DNA of 64,000 nucleotides, taken from the NCBI GenBank assembly GCA_044892525.1, contig CM097885.1, positions 35,342,001 through 35,406,000 on the forward strand. Reading direction: 5' to 3'. Source of the DNA: Schmidtea polychroa. Taxonomy: Eukaryota. Positions 1 through 14,700 of the stretch are shown piece after piece (the stretch's first letter is position 1; each line of letters starts with the position of its first letter). The notes beneath the pieces are model-generated. The model was not told the DNA's origin and ran no database searches. It saw only the letters and a program-made list of their open reading frames with translations. A program made the position numbers and the translations under genes.

Positions 1-344
1 TCTAATTCTAGATCAATAAAAGGAAATTGGATATAATTTCCATGAGAAACACATTGACAATGTCATTACACATGCTATTATAAGTTAGAAAATCAATTAA
101 ATTTAAAGATCTATCCAAACTATAAAATCGAATAACAATATAATAGATGGTGAATAAAATCAATATCACAGACAAACTTATGCTATTTTCAGAGAAATAA
201 ATAGAAAATCTGCAGTGAATAAGATAAACAATTCAATCACAGAGCAATATAAAGAAAACCAAAAATTTGAAAAAATCGAAATTTGGTATAGAAAAAATTT
301 TCGTAATTTAAAGTTGAGAAAAATTGTTTTCTTACAAATAATGT

Positions 345-1739
345 TCATTTTCCACAGATAAATAACATTCCAATTCTGGACTTTATCGATTGACAACTTT
401 TACATATTCCTTTTCGATACAGTTTTTTTTCAATTTTGCATTTCCTACAAACTTGCCTTGTGTTTCTGTCATCGATTATCTTTTTATGTGGTGAACCCGA
501 CTGTCGAGCTTCTTCGTTGTGGGTGGTCTGTTTTTGAAGTGTTTTGTTTCGGTCATTTTCCAGTCGCGAATAATTTCCAGTATTTTGTGGATATCTATTC
601 GACGGGCTTTGTCTATTATCATGTGTATCGGTAATTTTTTTACTATAACATTTTTCACATTTTCTTTGATGCTTTTCACATTCAGTACAATTCCATTGAT
701 TATTTCTATTTGGAACATTTTCTATCCTTTTTTCATCCCTAATCAAATCTTCTTCAGTATTATGTTTCTTTGTTTTTGGTTCTTTTGGAACATTTTCATT
801 GTCATTAGAATGCATTCGTTTAATAGGTTGATTATTCTTATTAGGAATTTGTGGATTTCTATTCGATGGGCTTTGTCTATTATCATGTTTATCGGTAATG
901 TTTTTACTAGAACATTTTTCACATTTTCTTTGATGCTTTTCACATTCAGTACAATTCCATTGATTATTTCTATTTGGAACATTTTCTATCCTTTTTTCAT
1001 CCCTAATCAAATCTTTTTCAGTATTATGTTTCTTTGTTTTTGGTTCTTTTGGAACATTTTCAGTGTCATTAGAATGTATTCGTTTAAAAGGTTGATTATT
1101 CTCATTAGGAATGTGTGAATAATTTCTAGTTTTAGGATTAATCTTATTAGGAATTTGTGGATTTCTATTCGATGGACTATTATCATTTTTATTGGCGTTT
1201 CTTTTCCCAGAACAATTTTCACATTTCTTTTGAAGTGTAGCACATTCATTACATTCCCATTGACTTTTGACCAACTCTTTTTCAGTACGGTGTTTATTTT
1301 TAAATTCGTTTACATATTTCCTTGGAACATAACAAGCATTACAATTTGCTGAACTACTTTCATTTACAAGACTACATTTGGAACATATCCAAGTATCGAT
1401 AAGTGACTTGGAACCTCTGGGAATTAATTCTTCATTCTCATGGTTTGAAAAACTATTCTCGTCCGAAGAAACATCAAAGTTGTTGTCTTTTTCACATTTC
1501 AAATTATTCTCTTCATTATTGTTAAATATATTTTCATCGATGACATTATTTTCTATGGGGACTGGAACTGAAACTTCATATAAAGTGAAACATAATTCGC
1601 AATTTTTTGAACTAATTTCGTTGGAAAAACTACATGCCTTACATACCCAAGTATCTTTTGTGTTTTTAATTAAATCATCAGACAAATCATTATTATACTC
1701 AACTGATTCATCACCATCAGAGAAATTTGTCTCGACCAT
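345..1739 (-). CDS. Zinc-finger repeat protein: 2 RanBP2/NZF fingers, 3 compact Cys4 fingers and a C-terminal A20-spaced finger (464 aa)
   Basis: Long open frame. WVCKACSFSNEISSKNCELC and WICSKCSLVNESSSANCNAC fit W-x-C-x2-C-x3-N-x6-C-x2-C. Three W-x-C-x2-C-x6-C-x2-C units. C-terminal CRKC-x11-CKSC. A TTCAG acceptor at 1746-1750 lies just upstream of the ATG, so a 5' exon or trans-splicing is possible. Confidence 0.85.
   Translation of the reverse strand: MVETNFSDGDESVEYNNDLSDDLIKNTKDTWVCKACSFSNEISSKNCELCFTLYEVSVPVPIENNVIDENIFNNNEENNLKCEKDNNFDVSSDENSFSNHENEELIPRGSKSLIDTWICSKCSLVNESSSANCNACYVPRKYVNEFKNKHRTEKELVKSQWECNECATLQKKCENCSGKRNANKNDNSPSNRNPQIPNKINPKTRNYSHIPNENNQPFKRIHSNDTENVPKEPKTKKHNTEKDLIRDEKRIENVPNRNNQWNCTECEKHQRKCEKCSSKNITDKHDNRQSPSNRNPQIPNKNNQPIKRMHSNDNENVPKEPKTKKHNTEEDLIRDEKRIENVPNRNNQWNCTECEKHQRKCEKCYSKKITDTHDNRQSPSNRYPQNTGNYSRLENDRNKTLQKQTTHNEEARQSGSPHKKIIDDRNTRQVCRKCKIEKKLYRKGICKSCQSIKSRIGMLFICGK
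585..1175. repeat. 264-bp (88-codon) in-frame tandem duplication inside the zinc-finger gene
   Basis: Near-identical blocks offset by 264 bp (e.g. 722 vs 986); the protein repeat runs RIHSND...QPIK / RMHSND... Confidence 0.9.
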
Positions 1740-2527
1740 TAAATCCTGAATTTAATTTTATTATTTACACAATATATTATGAGCTTCAACATTTACATCA
1801 GACATTAAATATTAAGTTAGTGCAGCAAAATACCAAATTTCATACGGACTTCTCATTTCACTTATGATCAATGTTCCCACTAAGCTGACATGCTAAGGTC
1901 AAAAAAGAAAATTTAGGCGCAAATGGACTGCAAAAAACTAATGAGATCATAAGGTTAGATCGTAGGCAATGCTTGGACTCATAATTTGATCCTAGGATAT
2001 ATCTTTAGGTACTTTATAAGTGTGATTAGATACTTAATAGAGTCAACATTTAAAAGCAAAGAAGTTTATTGGAATAAGAATCAAAGGTATGAAGAATTAT
2101 TTGAAATAATTTTATCAAATTCACACAATTATACGAGTTAATAATTTGTGGAATGTTATTCTTTTCAAATTTATTGAATGGTTAAACAATTATGTTAAAA
2201 TAATATTTAGTTTAAAGTCAATCTATTTAAAGTTCAATTAATACATAATTTTTCTACGTACAATTAATTTCAAAAACAACATTAAAATTGGAAAAATATA
2301 TGGTTCTATTGATTTTTTATAAATTAATTGAATATTAAAATATAATAAATTTAAATTTATTTTTCTTAGAATTTTCTTATGTAATGGAATTGCATTCAAA
2401 TCGATAAAAAATGACAAAATTTATAAAAATAACAAATAATTACCCATTAATACTGATTTATTCTTATTTAGTTATGGTATAAATTATAATTATTAAATCT
2501 AAACTTAAAGCATAGCATTTATAATAG

Positions 2528-3480
2528 TGTTGGGTTATTAAGTTGGTGATAAATATAAATGTTACTCTGACTCCAAGCTTTATACGATTCACAAATAACA
2601 CTTGACAACAGAAATCTTTATTGATTATCATAAATAATTTCCACTCTACACTGACAATAAATTCAACACTCTGCTAGGTAACTATACAATGCTTATTACA
2701 ACAGTCGGTGAGGAATAACACTTGTGTATAACACCGGATTGAAAGATTACAAATTACTGATTGGTTTATCAACTGGGACTTTGAACTGGTTGTTTTCTTT
2801 GACCTTCTTCACAAGTTTATTCAAATAATCAAATACCTTCTTTTCGTTTAATTTTTCAACCAATTCATTTATTCAAATATTCTCGAATAAGTTTTCTTTA
2901 ATAATTATTTTCTTTAAAATTCTTTTTCGTCCGTTTCGTCCGACGTTGTCTAATTTCCTCCAATAATTTTATCTCTCAAATCGTCTCACAAATTGTCTCA
3001 CAATTGTCTCAATTTTTGTTCCCACTTTTCCAAATTCTGTTCTGATTTCGTGTCCACCAGTTTCCTTTATATAGTTATTTTATTTGTGGCACTGGCGACA
3101 TATTCTGTTTACCATTTTTCTTTTCATCTACATCAACCCTATCTCTGACAGATATCAAGATATTTTTCCATTTTCCTTTTTTGTTAAGCCGCCTTCTCCC
3201 GACAATTTCGCTATCTTTAACAAGCTGTCAAGATACAGCTTTTTCCTTTATTTTTTTTTCTGGAATTTGAAATTCCACCTTCATTTGTACTTCTTAATTA
3301 ACAATGACATTTGTTTTAATTTCTTGTTTGTTTCCTTTTATTTGATTTATCTTTTTCATCATTAATTTCTTTTTACTTCCATTTTCTTTTCGGAATTCCC
3401 ATAGATCGAGCCGTTTGTCATGACGATCTTCCCCAGGTAATTTATTTATTATGTTATTTTTCATTTAGGTATCCTCAAAA
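2528..3480 (-). mobile_element. Solo LTR (Gypsy-like) with 4-bp TSD
   Basis: Starts TGTTGG and ends CCTCAAAA (degenerate CAACA). Flanked by ATAG on both sides. Reverse-complement homolog of 54044-54978. Confidence 0.75.
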
Positions 3481-3589
3481 ATAGTATAGGTTTGCTTGCT
3501 TATATACATATAATGTTAATAACACAATAAATAATTTATTTTATTGCTTTCATATGCATTACAAATTTCTGCTCCAAATTGTTACGGGT

Positions 3590-3725
3590 TACCGGACGAT
3601 CCCCTGTGCCATCCACCCAAACACGGTTGCATTATTTTGAAGGTACGTCTGAAAGATAAATCCATTTTTCATCTATCACAATGAACTTTTCCTTAGACCG
3701 TCTTGCCCAATAAACATTCAACACT
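3590..3725 (-). pseudogene. Tc1/mariner transposase fragment
   Basis: Minus strand reads KFIVIDEKWIYL...NRVWV, resembling the first catalytic Asp motif (IVTGDEKWIY). Confidence 0.5.
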
Positions 3726-3764
3726 TGAATTATATATATAATAATTTAGAATCTTCTTGAAACA

Positions 3765-4560
3765 ATAACGGTTCTTTTGTTCTATTGATATATTTTTTAC
3801 GAATTTAACAATTTTCGCATCTTTCGATTACTTCTTTTACTTTACTATTTAGATTATTCAAAGCAAAATTGTGACATGTATTTTTCTACTTTATTGCTAC
3901 CAACATGGTACTACTTCTTACGATATTCCCAAATCAATGTGTTTCTACTTCCTTCTGGTATCGAAAACTTTACCTTTATTTGTTTAAATATATTGCTATC
4001 GATTTTAATATTTAGATTTATTGAACAGCTAGATTTAATTCTCTTTATTTTGTTACTGTCTCTTAGCAATATATCAAATAAATTGTCTTGTAATTAATTT
4101 AGTTTTCAGTTTAACAATCTCTGCTTCTGAATGAACTGCTTGAAACTCAGTACACGTTATACAATTACTTTTCGAGAACTAATCTGTATTTGTGTGAAGT
4201 TCACATTTTCTGTATTCAAATTCGATATCTATTGGCTCATCTCAGTTTGAAATCGTGCGGTAATGGGTTTCTTCGTTTATGTCATAAACGTTAGAGTTTT
4301 CTAAATTTATGCTTGAAGTGAACTGTAAAATTAGATGCGGATAAGAGCTCCTTTCTTGTAATGCAATATCCAAATTCGTGTTTATTGAGTGCTTTTTGTT
4401 AATATGTGATTACCCTTTCCCATCTATAAAAACTGGCATCGCTATCAAAAATAAAACTTAAATTTAATTGGTCTTATACAAAATTTCTCTTATTTCTAGA
4501 AACGCTTTTTCGGACACTCTTATTTTTTATGTTGATTGCTTGTCAATGTTTCTAATGATT
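3765..4560 (-). mobile_element. Degraded Gypsy pol fragment (RNase H to integrase zinc finger)
   Basis: Minus strand: DSDASF, KHEFGYCITRKELL, DIEFEYRKCELHTN, HVG..CENC, RTKEP. Same lineage as 50454-52465, with stops and frameshifts. Confidence 0.8.
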
Positions 4561-4714
4561 TTGAAAACTTTTTGTTTTTGTCTATAAATTTCAGGGAATT
4601 ATTTGTTAATTCTATGAAACTTTAAAGTTTCTTAAAATATTGAGGAGCTGTCGATTCAATTTTAGAAGGATTTACAAAAAGTTTGATGGACACTTTTAAG
4701 GGCTAATTTTCAAA

Positions 4715-5390
4715 TAATAATAATAATGAATTAAAATAAAGAATAAAAAATATTAATAATAATAAATAATTAAAATATTAATAATTATAAATATAAAAAT
4801 AATAAAAAACATAATAAATAATAATCTTAATAAACATAATAATGATAAATAATTATAAATATAAAAATAGTAAAAAAACATAATAAATAATAATCTTAAA
4901 AAACATAATAATGTAAATAATAATCAATATAAATAATAATAAATAAAAATAATAATAAATAAAAATAATAATAATTAATAATAGCAATTAATAATATTAA
5001 AAAATATAAAAATAAACATAATAAATAATAATCTTAATAAACATAATAATATAAATAATAATCAAAATAAATAATAAATAATAATTTTATTAATAATAAT
5101 AAATAATAATCTTAATAAACATAATAATGTAAATAATAATCAAAATAAACAATAATAAATAAAAATAATAATAAATAAAAATAATAATAAAAATAATAAT
5201 AAATAAAAATAATAATAATTAATAATAGCAATTAATAATATTAATAAATATAAAAATAGTAAAAATAAACATAATAAATAATAATCTTAATAAAAATAAT
5301 AATATAAATAAAATTCAAAATAAATAATAATTTTAATAATAATAATAATAAATAATTAAAATATTAATAATAATAATTTTAAACAATTAA
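4715..5390. repeat. Complex A/T minisatellite built on AAT
   Basis: Recurring units such as AAACATAATAAATAATAATCTTAATAAACATAATAAT and AATAGCAATTAATAATATT. Confidence 0.85.
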
Positions 5391-5919
5391 ATGATAATTT
5401 AAAGTTTTTTGCTATGAATAATATATTTAATACTAAATTTAACAGATAGTCCTTTTCAATTTCCTGGATTTTAGTTTCTTCTATTTTCATATGCTTTTTG
5501 ATATTCCCTTTTATTTTTCTTTTCTTACTTCTCATTGGTTAGAAATAATAAACTTTGCTATAGAATATAAAAATTTGTTTTATTATAAATACCCTCTAAA
5601 ATTTAAAACAAATTTTTAAAATAAAATAATTTTAATAAAAAATATCTCAAAATATTTATAAAATATAGTTTCCAATAACTATTTATATACGCAATTTAAT
5701 TTCGGGATCTTGAAGTTGAGTATGTCACTGATAAATGGGATATTCAGATAAAAAAAATTTCTTTTTTTTTATTATTTCCCTAGATCTTTTTGGGGTACAA
5801 TTCATTCTTTCAATGTCCTCACCTTGGTATCCGTTTCGGTGTAGGATTTCATTTTAAGTTTAATTGCTGTTTATAATTCACGTTTTCTTCAGTACATCGA
5901 TTTCAGCATATCCTTAGCT

Positions 5920-6798
<879 letters not shown>

Positions 6799-8868
6799 GA
6801 AATACTAAATAAGATCTAATAATAAAATTTGAATTTATTTCATATTTAATAAAAAAACTGTCAATTAATATGTTAACAATTATTGATCTGGAGCTTAGTG
6901 GGCATCAGAATAGCTATATATATATCTTAGTAATTAATACTCTACAATTAATATCGATAAGTGAAGGTGAGTTTAATTCACAATACAAATGCTTATTATG
7001 ATAATGAAATAATGATTATGATTAGGATAATAATGATAATAATAATAACAATAATAATAATGATAAATAACAATATTAATAATTATAATAATGATAATAA
7101 ATAATAATAATAATAATAAATATTAATAAAAAAATATTAATATTAATAATTATAATAATAATAAAAAATAATTATAAATAATAATAATAATAATGATAAT
7201 AATAATAATAATAATAATAATTAGAAATTTTAAGCCAATCAAAAAGTTCTAGTTCCAAGTGATTATTATGACACTGCCCGCTAGTCTTTGGCTTTACTGG
7301 GCTACTTCCATCAATAAGATCGTTCATATTTCAAACTTCCATATCACACGATGTACATAAATTTGAGGGTGGAAATAGTTGCTATGAATTAGAATTTCAA
7401 AATATCGAAAGCTGTGTAATTTCCATAACGCCAGAGATCGCTATTTGAGGCTTTTTACTGTTATGGAATTTGTACTTATATATTTTTTATTACTATTTTC
7501 TTCTGTTCATTAAATTATTGGACCTCAAATTGTGGGGTTTTTTCCAAGATTTTCAGCGTTGTTTTTAATTTATTTGAAGTATACTTCTCAGACTTAAAAG
7601 CAGCAATACAGTGAGTTAATCAAGCTCAGTCATATAATATCCATTCGAAACTCCAAAGAATCAAGAGACCTCAATAAAGTTCTTCTATTTCCCTATGCAA
7701 CGAGCAAGCATGAGTTATAAATCAGTTAGAAATCGAAACAGCACCAAGCAATTTATTAGAAAAGAAAAATAATAACCGCTAAAATTTGGCTGCCATAACT
7801 GCATAAAATACAAACTCCAGCTAAATTCAATTCGGTCAATATTGGATTATTCTCATCAATACACCATTTATCGGTTTCGGAATCATAAACGTATCCCAAT
7901 AAGTCACGTAAATAATTCTTGTATTTGGGAACATAAACTAAACAACTTTTAATATGAAGGGTCGAGCTCTACAATACAATTTATGTGTTACTAATATTGT
8001 AAATTTAATACTTTGAAGATTTTAGTTGAATAAACATCATAGTTTAAAATTAAATTCTTGGCATAATTATAAATAATATCGTAAAATTGAGTTAAAAGTA
8101 AAATCTTGGATTTAATGGTATGACCTTTGTAGAATTTTTTAGAATCAATCAAGCTTAAAATATCTTGGACATCTATATATTCTTTGAAATATGATATGAC
8201 TTCATTTAAATAATAATTATCATTTTCAGATATGTATGTCTGTGATTTGTTTATAGTAACTCCCTAAAAAAATAATAATTGAAATTAATTACATATAAAT
8301 TATTCTTACCTCTTTATTGTTAATTAAAAATTTAGAATATTTTATTAAATAATTATTCATTGCACTTATTTAAGAAAACATTATAATCATAAAATTAATA
8401 AGCATGTAATAAAATACTTTAAATTAAAATCTTTAATTCTACACTAAATAAAATATTTTAACATCTTGAAAATGGAATATTTAAACACATAATTATTATT
8501 CTAACATACAACTAAAATTAAATACAGTTGATAAGCTTCATGATAAAATTTCATAAATAAAATTAGGAAATATAAACTTTAATTACTTGTTAATAAAATA
8601 AAACTAACTAAAAGTCTAGATAATCTATTATTTATGAATTATTAAATCTGAAAATCTATCAGACGCCATATAACATTTAAATTATCATGACAGGTTCTGA
8701 TAAATTGTTATTATTATCAGAAAAAGTAAAGATATACTCAGCCTAATAGAATTTTTAAAAAACAATAGAGAATTATTTGCCGCAATCCTTTTTATTGGAT
8801 GCAATATGAACCAAGACAAATTATAACTATAAATGATTGGAATGTAATCAATTTAATTATATTTAAGA

Positions 8869-10140
8869 ATGGTTAATTTAATTTTAATAAATTGGTGCTA
8901 TAATTTAACAGCTCACAGAAAAAACGAAATATCGTCTGTGAACTATATATCTTTTCAAACAATGTGCAAATACTATTTGAGCTGGATACTACCTCTCATT
9001 ATGTTGGTTGGAGTACTGGGATCTATTTTTTGTTTATTGTTTTTGACAATGTCAAAACTGTTTCCTCGGACATTGTTATTGTGGCTGATTAGCATTTGTG
9101 TTGGTGATTTTATGATAATCATTCTTGACACGTTATGGATGTTATTGAAAATGTGGATTGGCTTAGATATTAGAGACGTCAATGATTTTATTTGCGCTAT
9201 GCATAAGTTCTTATCAAATTATTTTTTCTATTGGTCAGCTTACATGCAAGCGCTTATGTCTTTGCAGCGGGTTTATTTAATTTTAAAACCAATCCAGGCT
9301 AGATCTTCATTAAATATGTCTAGAATGACCATCATTTGGGGATTTGTATCCATAGTATTAGTTTTACCACACATCATATACTTAACGCATTGGAGAATTA
9401 TAGATGGAGATTGCGATCCCTATGATTCAAAAAACTATATCTTCACAACTTTATGTGATATGATTATATGGGGCATTATTCCATTTATAAGCATGGTCGG
9501 ATCAACTGTGGTCATATGTTGGAACATATGCAAATACCAAAGCAATTTTTATTCGTCAATTTCAAAACCTTCAATTATTTATAGTTTTGTTCGTTCTAGA
9601 ACCTTTTCTTGTTCAAATCAAGCAACGTTTAATATTCAGAATGATATGGAAATATTAGAAAAATCTATTGACAATGCATCTATTTGGTCTTCTCCAGGAT
9701 CTTTAAGGCAGCAATCAAGTCGACATGGTGGAAATAATGTTGCCAGACATGTCACCCAGTTACTAGTATCAATGAATATATGGTACATGATAACTACATT
9801 TCCCTTTTTAATATTTCTAATGTACTTGAATTTCATCAATCCTAAAATAGACGAGTGGAATCGGAAATTTTATTATTTTCTATTTCGATCTTTTGCTTTT
9901 CTCAATGCTTGTTCAAACTGGTTTTTCTACTGCGCAACTGGTAAATTATTTAGATCGACTGCGAAAATGGTTATCATGAAGCTCTTTTGCCGAAGATGTT
10001 TACACCGACCACAAATGACTTCCATCAGAAATAGTCAAAGAAGTTTTACCAATCTAAATACTGACCAATTTACAGTGAGACTCAAATATCCAGAAATTAC
10101 ACAGGTTAAACCCCGCAAAACCATTATAACAAAACTATAA
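8869..10140 (+). CDS. Intronless rhodopsin-like (class A) GPCR, peptide-receptor-like orphan
   Basis: Seven hydrophobic segments; TM2 ICVGD, TM3 Cys (FICAMH) with QRV in place of DRY, ECL2 Cys, TM5 IIPF, TM6 TTFP, TM7 LNACSNWFFYC then GKLFR helix 8. AATAAA at 10176. Confidence 0.92.
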   Translation: MVNLILINWCYNLTAHRKNEISSVNYISFQTMCKYYLSWILPLIMLVGVLGSIFCLLFLTMSKLFPRTLLLWLISICVGDFMIIILDTLWMLLKMWIGLDIRDVNDFICAMHKFLSNYFFYWSAYMQALMSLQRVYLILKPIQARSSLNMSRMTIIWGFVSIVLVLPHIIYLTHWRIIDGDCDPYDSKNYIFTTLCDMIIWGIIPFISMVGSTVVICWNICKYQSNFYSSISKPSIIYSFVRSRTFSCSNQATFNIQNDMEILEKSIDNASIWSSPGSLRQQSSRHGGNNVARHVTQLLVSMNIWYMITTFPFLIFLMYLNFINPKIDEWNRKFYYFLFRSFAFLNACSNWFFYCATGKLFRSTAKMVIMKLFCRRCLHRPQMTSIRNSQRSFTNLNTDQFTVRLKYPEITQVKPRKTIITKL

Positions 10141-11764
10141 TTTATATTAATTTGAAATTTGGTGTGTGATGTGCAAATAAAACAATAATTTGTATTTCCA
10201 TTTTTAATAAATATTTTTAACAACTATTGAGGATAACAAGAAATTTCATCCAAACTTACAGCTATTTGTAGAATTATAGAACCTAAAATAATGCTTTTAA
10301 GTTGTAAAAGACCACATGTTATGCAAATGTTGGATGTTTAACGTCTCTTTGCCAGAGGTTCTCAACCTTTTTGTATATGCGACAAGCTAAAATAAACATA
10401 AAAATCAGCGATACATTTCAAAAAAGATTTTTTAATAATCCAACTAAATATTTTTCAAATATATTTTACAAAACTAATATAAACAATATGATATTAAAAA
10501 CAATTGTTAGTAAAGAAACTACCTACCTATTAACTTTGAGAAAAAATTATTTTCAACAATAATAAGAATTTCTAATCTAAGTTATTCTCTACACAGATTC
10601 TTTTTCTTCTTTTATTAGCTGCTTTTAACGAGTTTTTAATAATTAAAGTTTTCAAAATACAGTATCTTTTCATTTATTATTACTAGCTAATTTATCTGGC
10701 TTCGATCAGAATTGAAAAACGTATGTAATAGGAATTAAAAATTCAAAATATTGTTTTATTGAATCTATTTTTGGTTAGCAATATTTTAACGCATGCTTTG
10801 CGGATAAGAAATCAAAAATTGCGAAATAATTTGATTTTCTGGGCTCCTTTTCAAAAATAAGGATATACACATGTTCAACTTCCTAAGACCATAGGAAATT
10901 AATTTTTAGTTTTTTTATCCCATCCGTACTATGTTTTCTTTCCTTTTAAGATATTTTTTAAAATCACGTGCTTATTTTAATATTCTGAAAAAAAGGTTTC
11001 GGCTTTTATTTCAAAATGAAATAAAATCCAAAAACAAAAATAAGTCGTTAAAATTATTCTCACTATCAAAACAAACCCACTATACCGTAAAATAATCGGA
11101 CATTAAACTTGATTACACTAAAATCCTTTGGTTAAAACGTTACTTCAAAATGGGATTTTTGATTATTTAAATAAATGTATGTAGAATAAACTACTTTTTA
11201 AATATTAAAGATTACCTCGAATTGAATATATGAATGGCAGCAGAATTGCGTCCGCTTTCAATTGGTTTTGTTCGATTAACTCTGATTTAGTGACGATCAC
11301 GATACGAGCATTTGATAGACTTTACACGTTTAATTAACACATATTAGCACATTTTTATTTGTTAGTGGCAAACTGGCGACCATAAACCTAATTTATCCTA
11401 AATTGAGAATATTGATCTAATTTAGCTATTTGTTGTTCAATATTGATTTTTTTTATTATAGAGGTTTTTATTCCATGCAAACAGGTGTATTTTAATGTTT
11501 TATTAGATAGCTATTTAACATGAAATAGACATTGTATACGAATATATTATGCAGAATCGAGCAATTTTAATTGTTATATCAATATCAAAATAAAGACTTT
11601 TAAATACTTTTATCAATGAAATATTCAAAAATACATTCATAGTAATAATATTTAAACAACAATACATCAAAATATACAAAATTCACACACATAATCCTGA
11701 TGATAGTCAAGTTTAAAAAGTTATATTTATATAAAATGAAGAGGTAATTTATTAATAAACTTTG

Positions 11765-14700
11765 TCACTTGTCGCTGAATTTTTTCAGATCGTTTTTATA
11801 GATAAAAGGGTTACTGTAAATAGAGTACTCTGGTTGATTTTCTGTCTTGATTTCTGACTTCTGAATAATATTATCATTGGGCTTGATTTGATTGTTGACT
11901 ATATCAAGCAATGTATTTCTATTTTTGCAAAAGTGTTTTGGTTTCCTTTTAAGATGTCGAAATAGACTTCGAAATTTTTTTCGTTTCCTTTGCCATTTCG
12001 TTAAAAATTTAACGATAAACTGTCCGTTTTCAATATCACCAATGAGTAGCCATTTTCCTTTACTAACTGACTTTGAATTTTGTAGCATTGAACATTTGCA
12101 CTGTATTTCCGTTATTAGATTTGCTAAAGATATTCGAATAGGATGGGAGCTGTGAATGATGTTGCTTTTGTGTTGCAGGCGAATTGAGATCGCACCTTTT
12201 GGCTTTTGGAAAATGTTTGCAATTTTAGCTCTGATTACTAAAGGGTTATGTCAACATAGATAAATTCATTATTTAACGTTTTAATCACCTAAAGAATATT
12301 TACAGAAGTTTTTTGTAAGAATTTCCAAAGGCACTTTCCGGTTGCATATTGGGCAATTTTCTGCAGAATATCTTAGAAAATAAATTTGAAATTATCAAAG
12401 TACTTTTTTTAATAGTTTGTTCTTGATCTGAAAGAATGGTCTGATTCAAAGACCGATCTTCTCTTTGCCTTTTGACAAGACTTTTTTTTAAATAGTTTAC
12501 TAAAAATGGTTTGATTATATATAGAAAAAGTCTCAAATATCAGATATAATTGATTAATAATTAAAAAATTTTAAATATATTTAAAGAGGTAACACAAAGG
12601 GTTGTTAAAAATGAAATGTCACCTTTTCATTAATAACAATGGGCAAATAACTTAATTTATTCAATTATTCTTTCAAAAGATTTACTGAGAATATTTTTTG
12701 ACAGCGTAGACAACTATGAAACTTACGTTACGCCACTGAATAAAAATGATATATATTTTTTTAAACAAAAATTATTTTTGAATAATTAATAAAATGATTA
12801 TTACTAAATTATTAAATCGTGAGATTGCACGGGACAACAGATAGCAATTTTCAAAGAATTTATTTGAAATATGTTTCCTACCACATGTTAAACTTAATTT
12901 AAATCCGAAATGTTAACAAAAGTTTTGTTACAATTTTACTTTAGTTACAATATGTTATAGATTTTGAAAAATCTCCCTGTATCATTTTTACATAATTAAA
13001 CATGATTTTATAAAAATATTTTCAGCTTTATTTCAGCTTAGATGTTATCTGATCAAGTTTTCCTTATATGTTTTATTTGAAATCAGAGTTTTAAAATTTT
13101 TATTTTACAACGTAATTTTTGCGTGAAACGTCTTATTAAATAATATATAATTTAGCTCCTTCGCGTCGGGCTATTGTTTTATTAGCAATGCCGGTAAGAC
13201 AGGAAAATATATAAACACAAATTCTGTTTTATTATAAGGTAAGCACATGTACGCAATAAGAAATATGAAATGCTACTGCCTAATGTACAGATGAATATTA
13301 AAAAAAAGACAAATCTTAACATGTCTTCAATTGTTGGTAAAATTATTTCCGCGAGTAAATATACAGTGGAAATAGAGTTAAGTATGACATGGCCGTCTGC
13401 AAAGAAGGCAAGTGGGGGGGGGGCACTTGCCCCTCCCCCTGAATTTCCCAAACCATTCTATTTTTCGATTAATTTAAACACATTTTAATAGATGCACTCA
13501 AACTATGCTGGAAAAACCCAAGACAAAAAAAATTAATAAAAAAATTTAATTTAAAGAGGCTTCCTGTTCTTTTTAATGTTATCAATTATATCTGGAAATC
13601 AATGATTTCAAATCATCTTATTTGTTTAAAAACTTTCAATATTAACTGACGTTCTGGTTTTAAAAAAAGTGTTCTATTTTGTAAATAAACGAAAAAAAGT
13701 CCTATTTTGTATAATGCCCCAAATATTTATTATACACGTGTATTTTTTTCAACTCTCTTCCCCCCAAAAAAAATTGTCTACTTGGTAAAAAAATTATTAA
13801 AAAAATATAAAAAAAAATTCCTGAGGACGCTCATGAAGTATGAAGTTTTAAATATAATGCGAAATTCTTCATTGATTTATAAATTAAAATTTTTATTTAT
13901 TGAAACAAAAATTATTTTTGAATAATTAATAAAACTACAAATTGACATTTTTAATTTTGGTCACAAATTTAAATATTCTCATTTCTTGGCATAAAAATCG
14001 TTTTATTTAAAGAGAAAATTTATAATTGGAGACCATTTAATAACTAATATAATTACTGAAAAATCTAGAAAGCAAAATAACTGATAATTTTCACATTTCA
14101 ACATTTGATTTATATGAAAAATTAAAATTCTTGATAATTGATTACTAAAAGACGTTTGAGATTAAACCTTTTCTTGTACATAGACATTGAGCTATCAAGT
14201 ACCTTCACTTTTACAAATATAAAATCTCGAAATGATTTCGACAAATTACATTTATCTTATACCAGAAAAATTTGTCGTTTTTAGCGTAGAAATGACAAAA
14301 AAGGATGTGGAGCAGTGATTCCGTCACCTTTTATGGTCACGGCCTTCTAATAACAATAATTTTTTTCCGGCCCCAATTATTTATTATTTACATTTTTTGA
14401 AAAAATATATTTTTATTTAGACTTTCTAGGTAGAGTTGGCCAGGAATTATTTTCTGAAATAAAGAATTTGGTTGGATTGGTTATATATGTATTTTTTCAC
14501 TTACCCATGCAACCTTTTGCGGCATTCCAGGTTTAGAATCACATTCAGTGTCAACATCATAAAATATGTCCACGTATAAAACCTCAAGTATTACTTTTCT
14601 CTACCAGTAGCCGCTATTAAGTCATTCGCCTTGACATAGCGCATATCACACCATTGTGACATCTTAAAAAAACAAAGTAAATTAATTCTTAAATTTAATT

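Noticed and set aside
476..1249. Overlapping and antisense ORFs (519-1118 +, 476-718, 743-982, 1007-1249)
   Set aside because: Shadows of the repeated zinc-finger coding sequence.
3410..3442. Resemblance to the U1 snRNA 5' end (TTACCTGG..AGAT..CATGA, minus strand)
   Set aside because: Only ~25 nt, no downstream stems or Sm site, and the paralogous LTR copy lacks ACCTG.
7290..7900. Possible retroelement coding remnant
   Set aside because: No diagnostic motif readable.
12300..12536. Stand-alone 78-aa ORF
   Set aside because: Explained by sFRP exon 2 read through its flanking introns.
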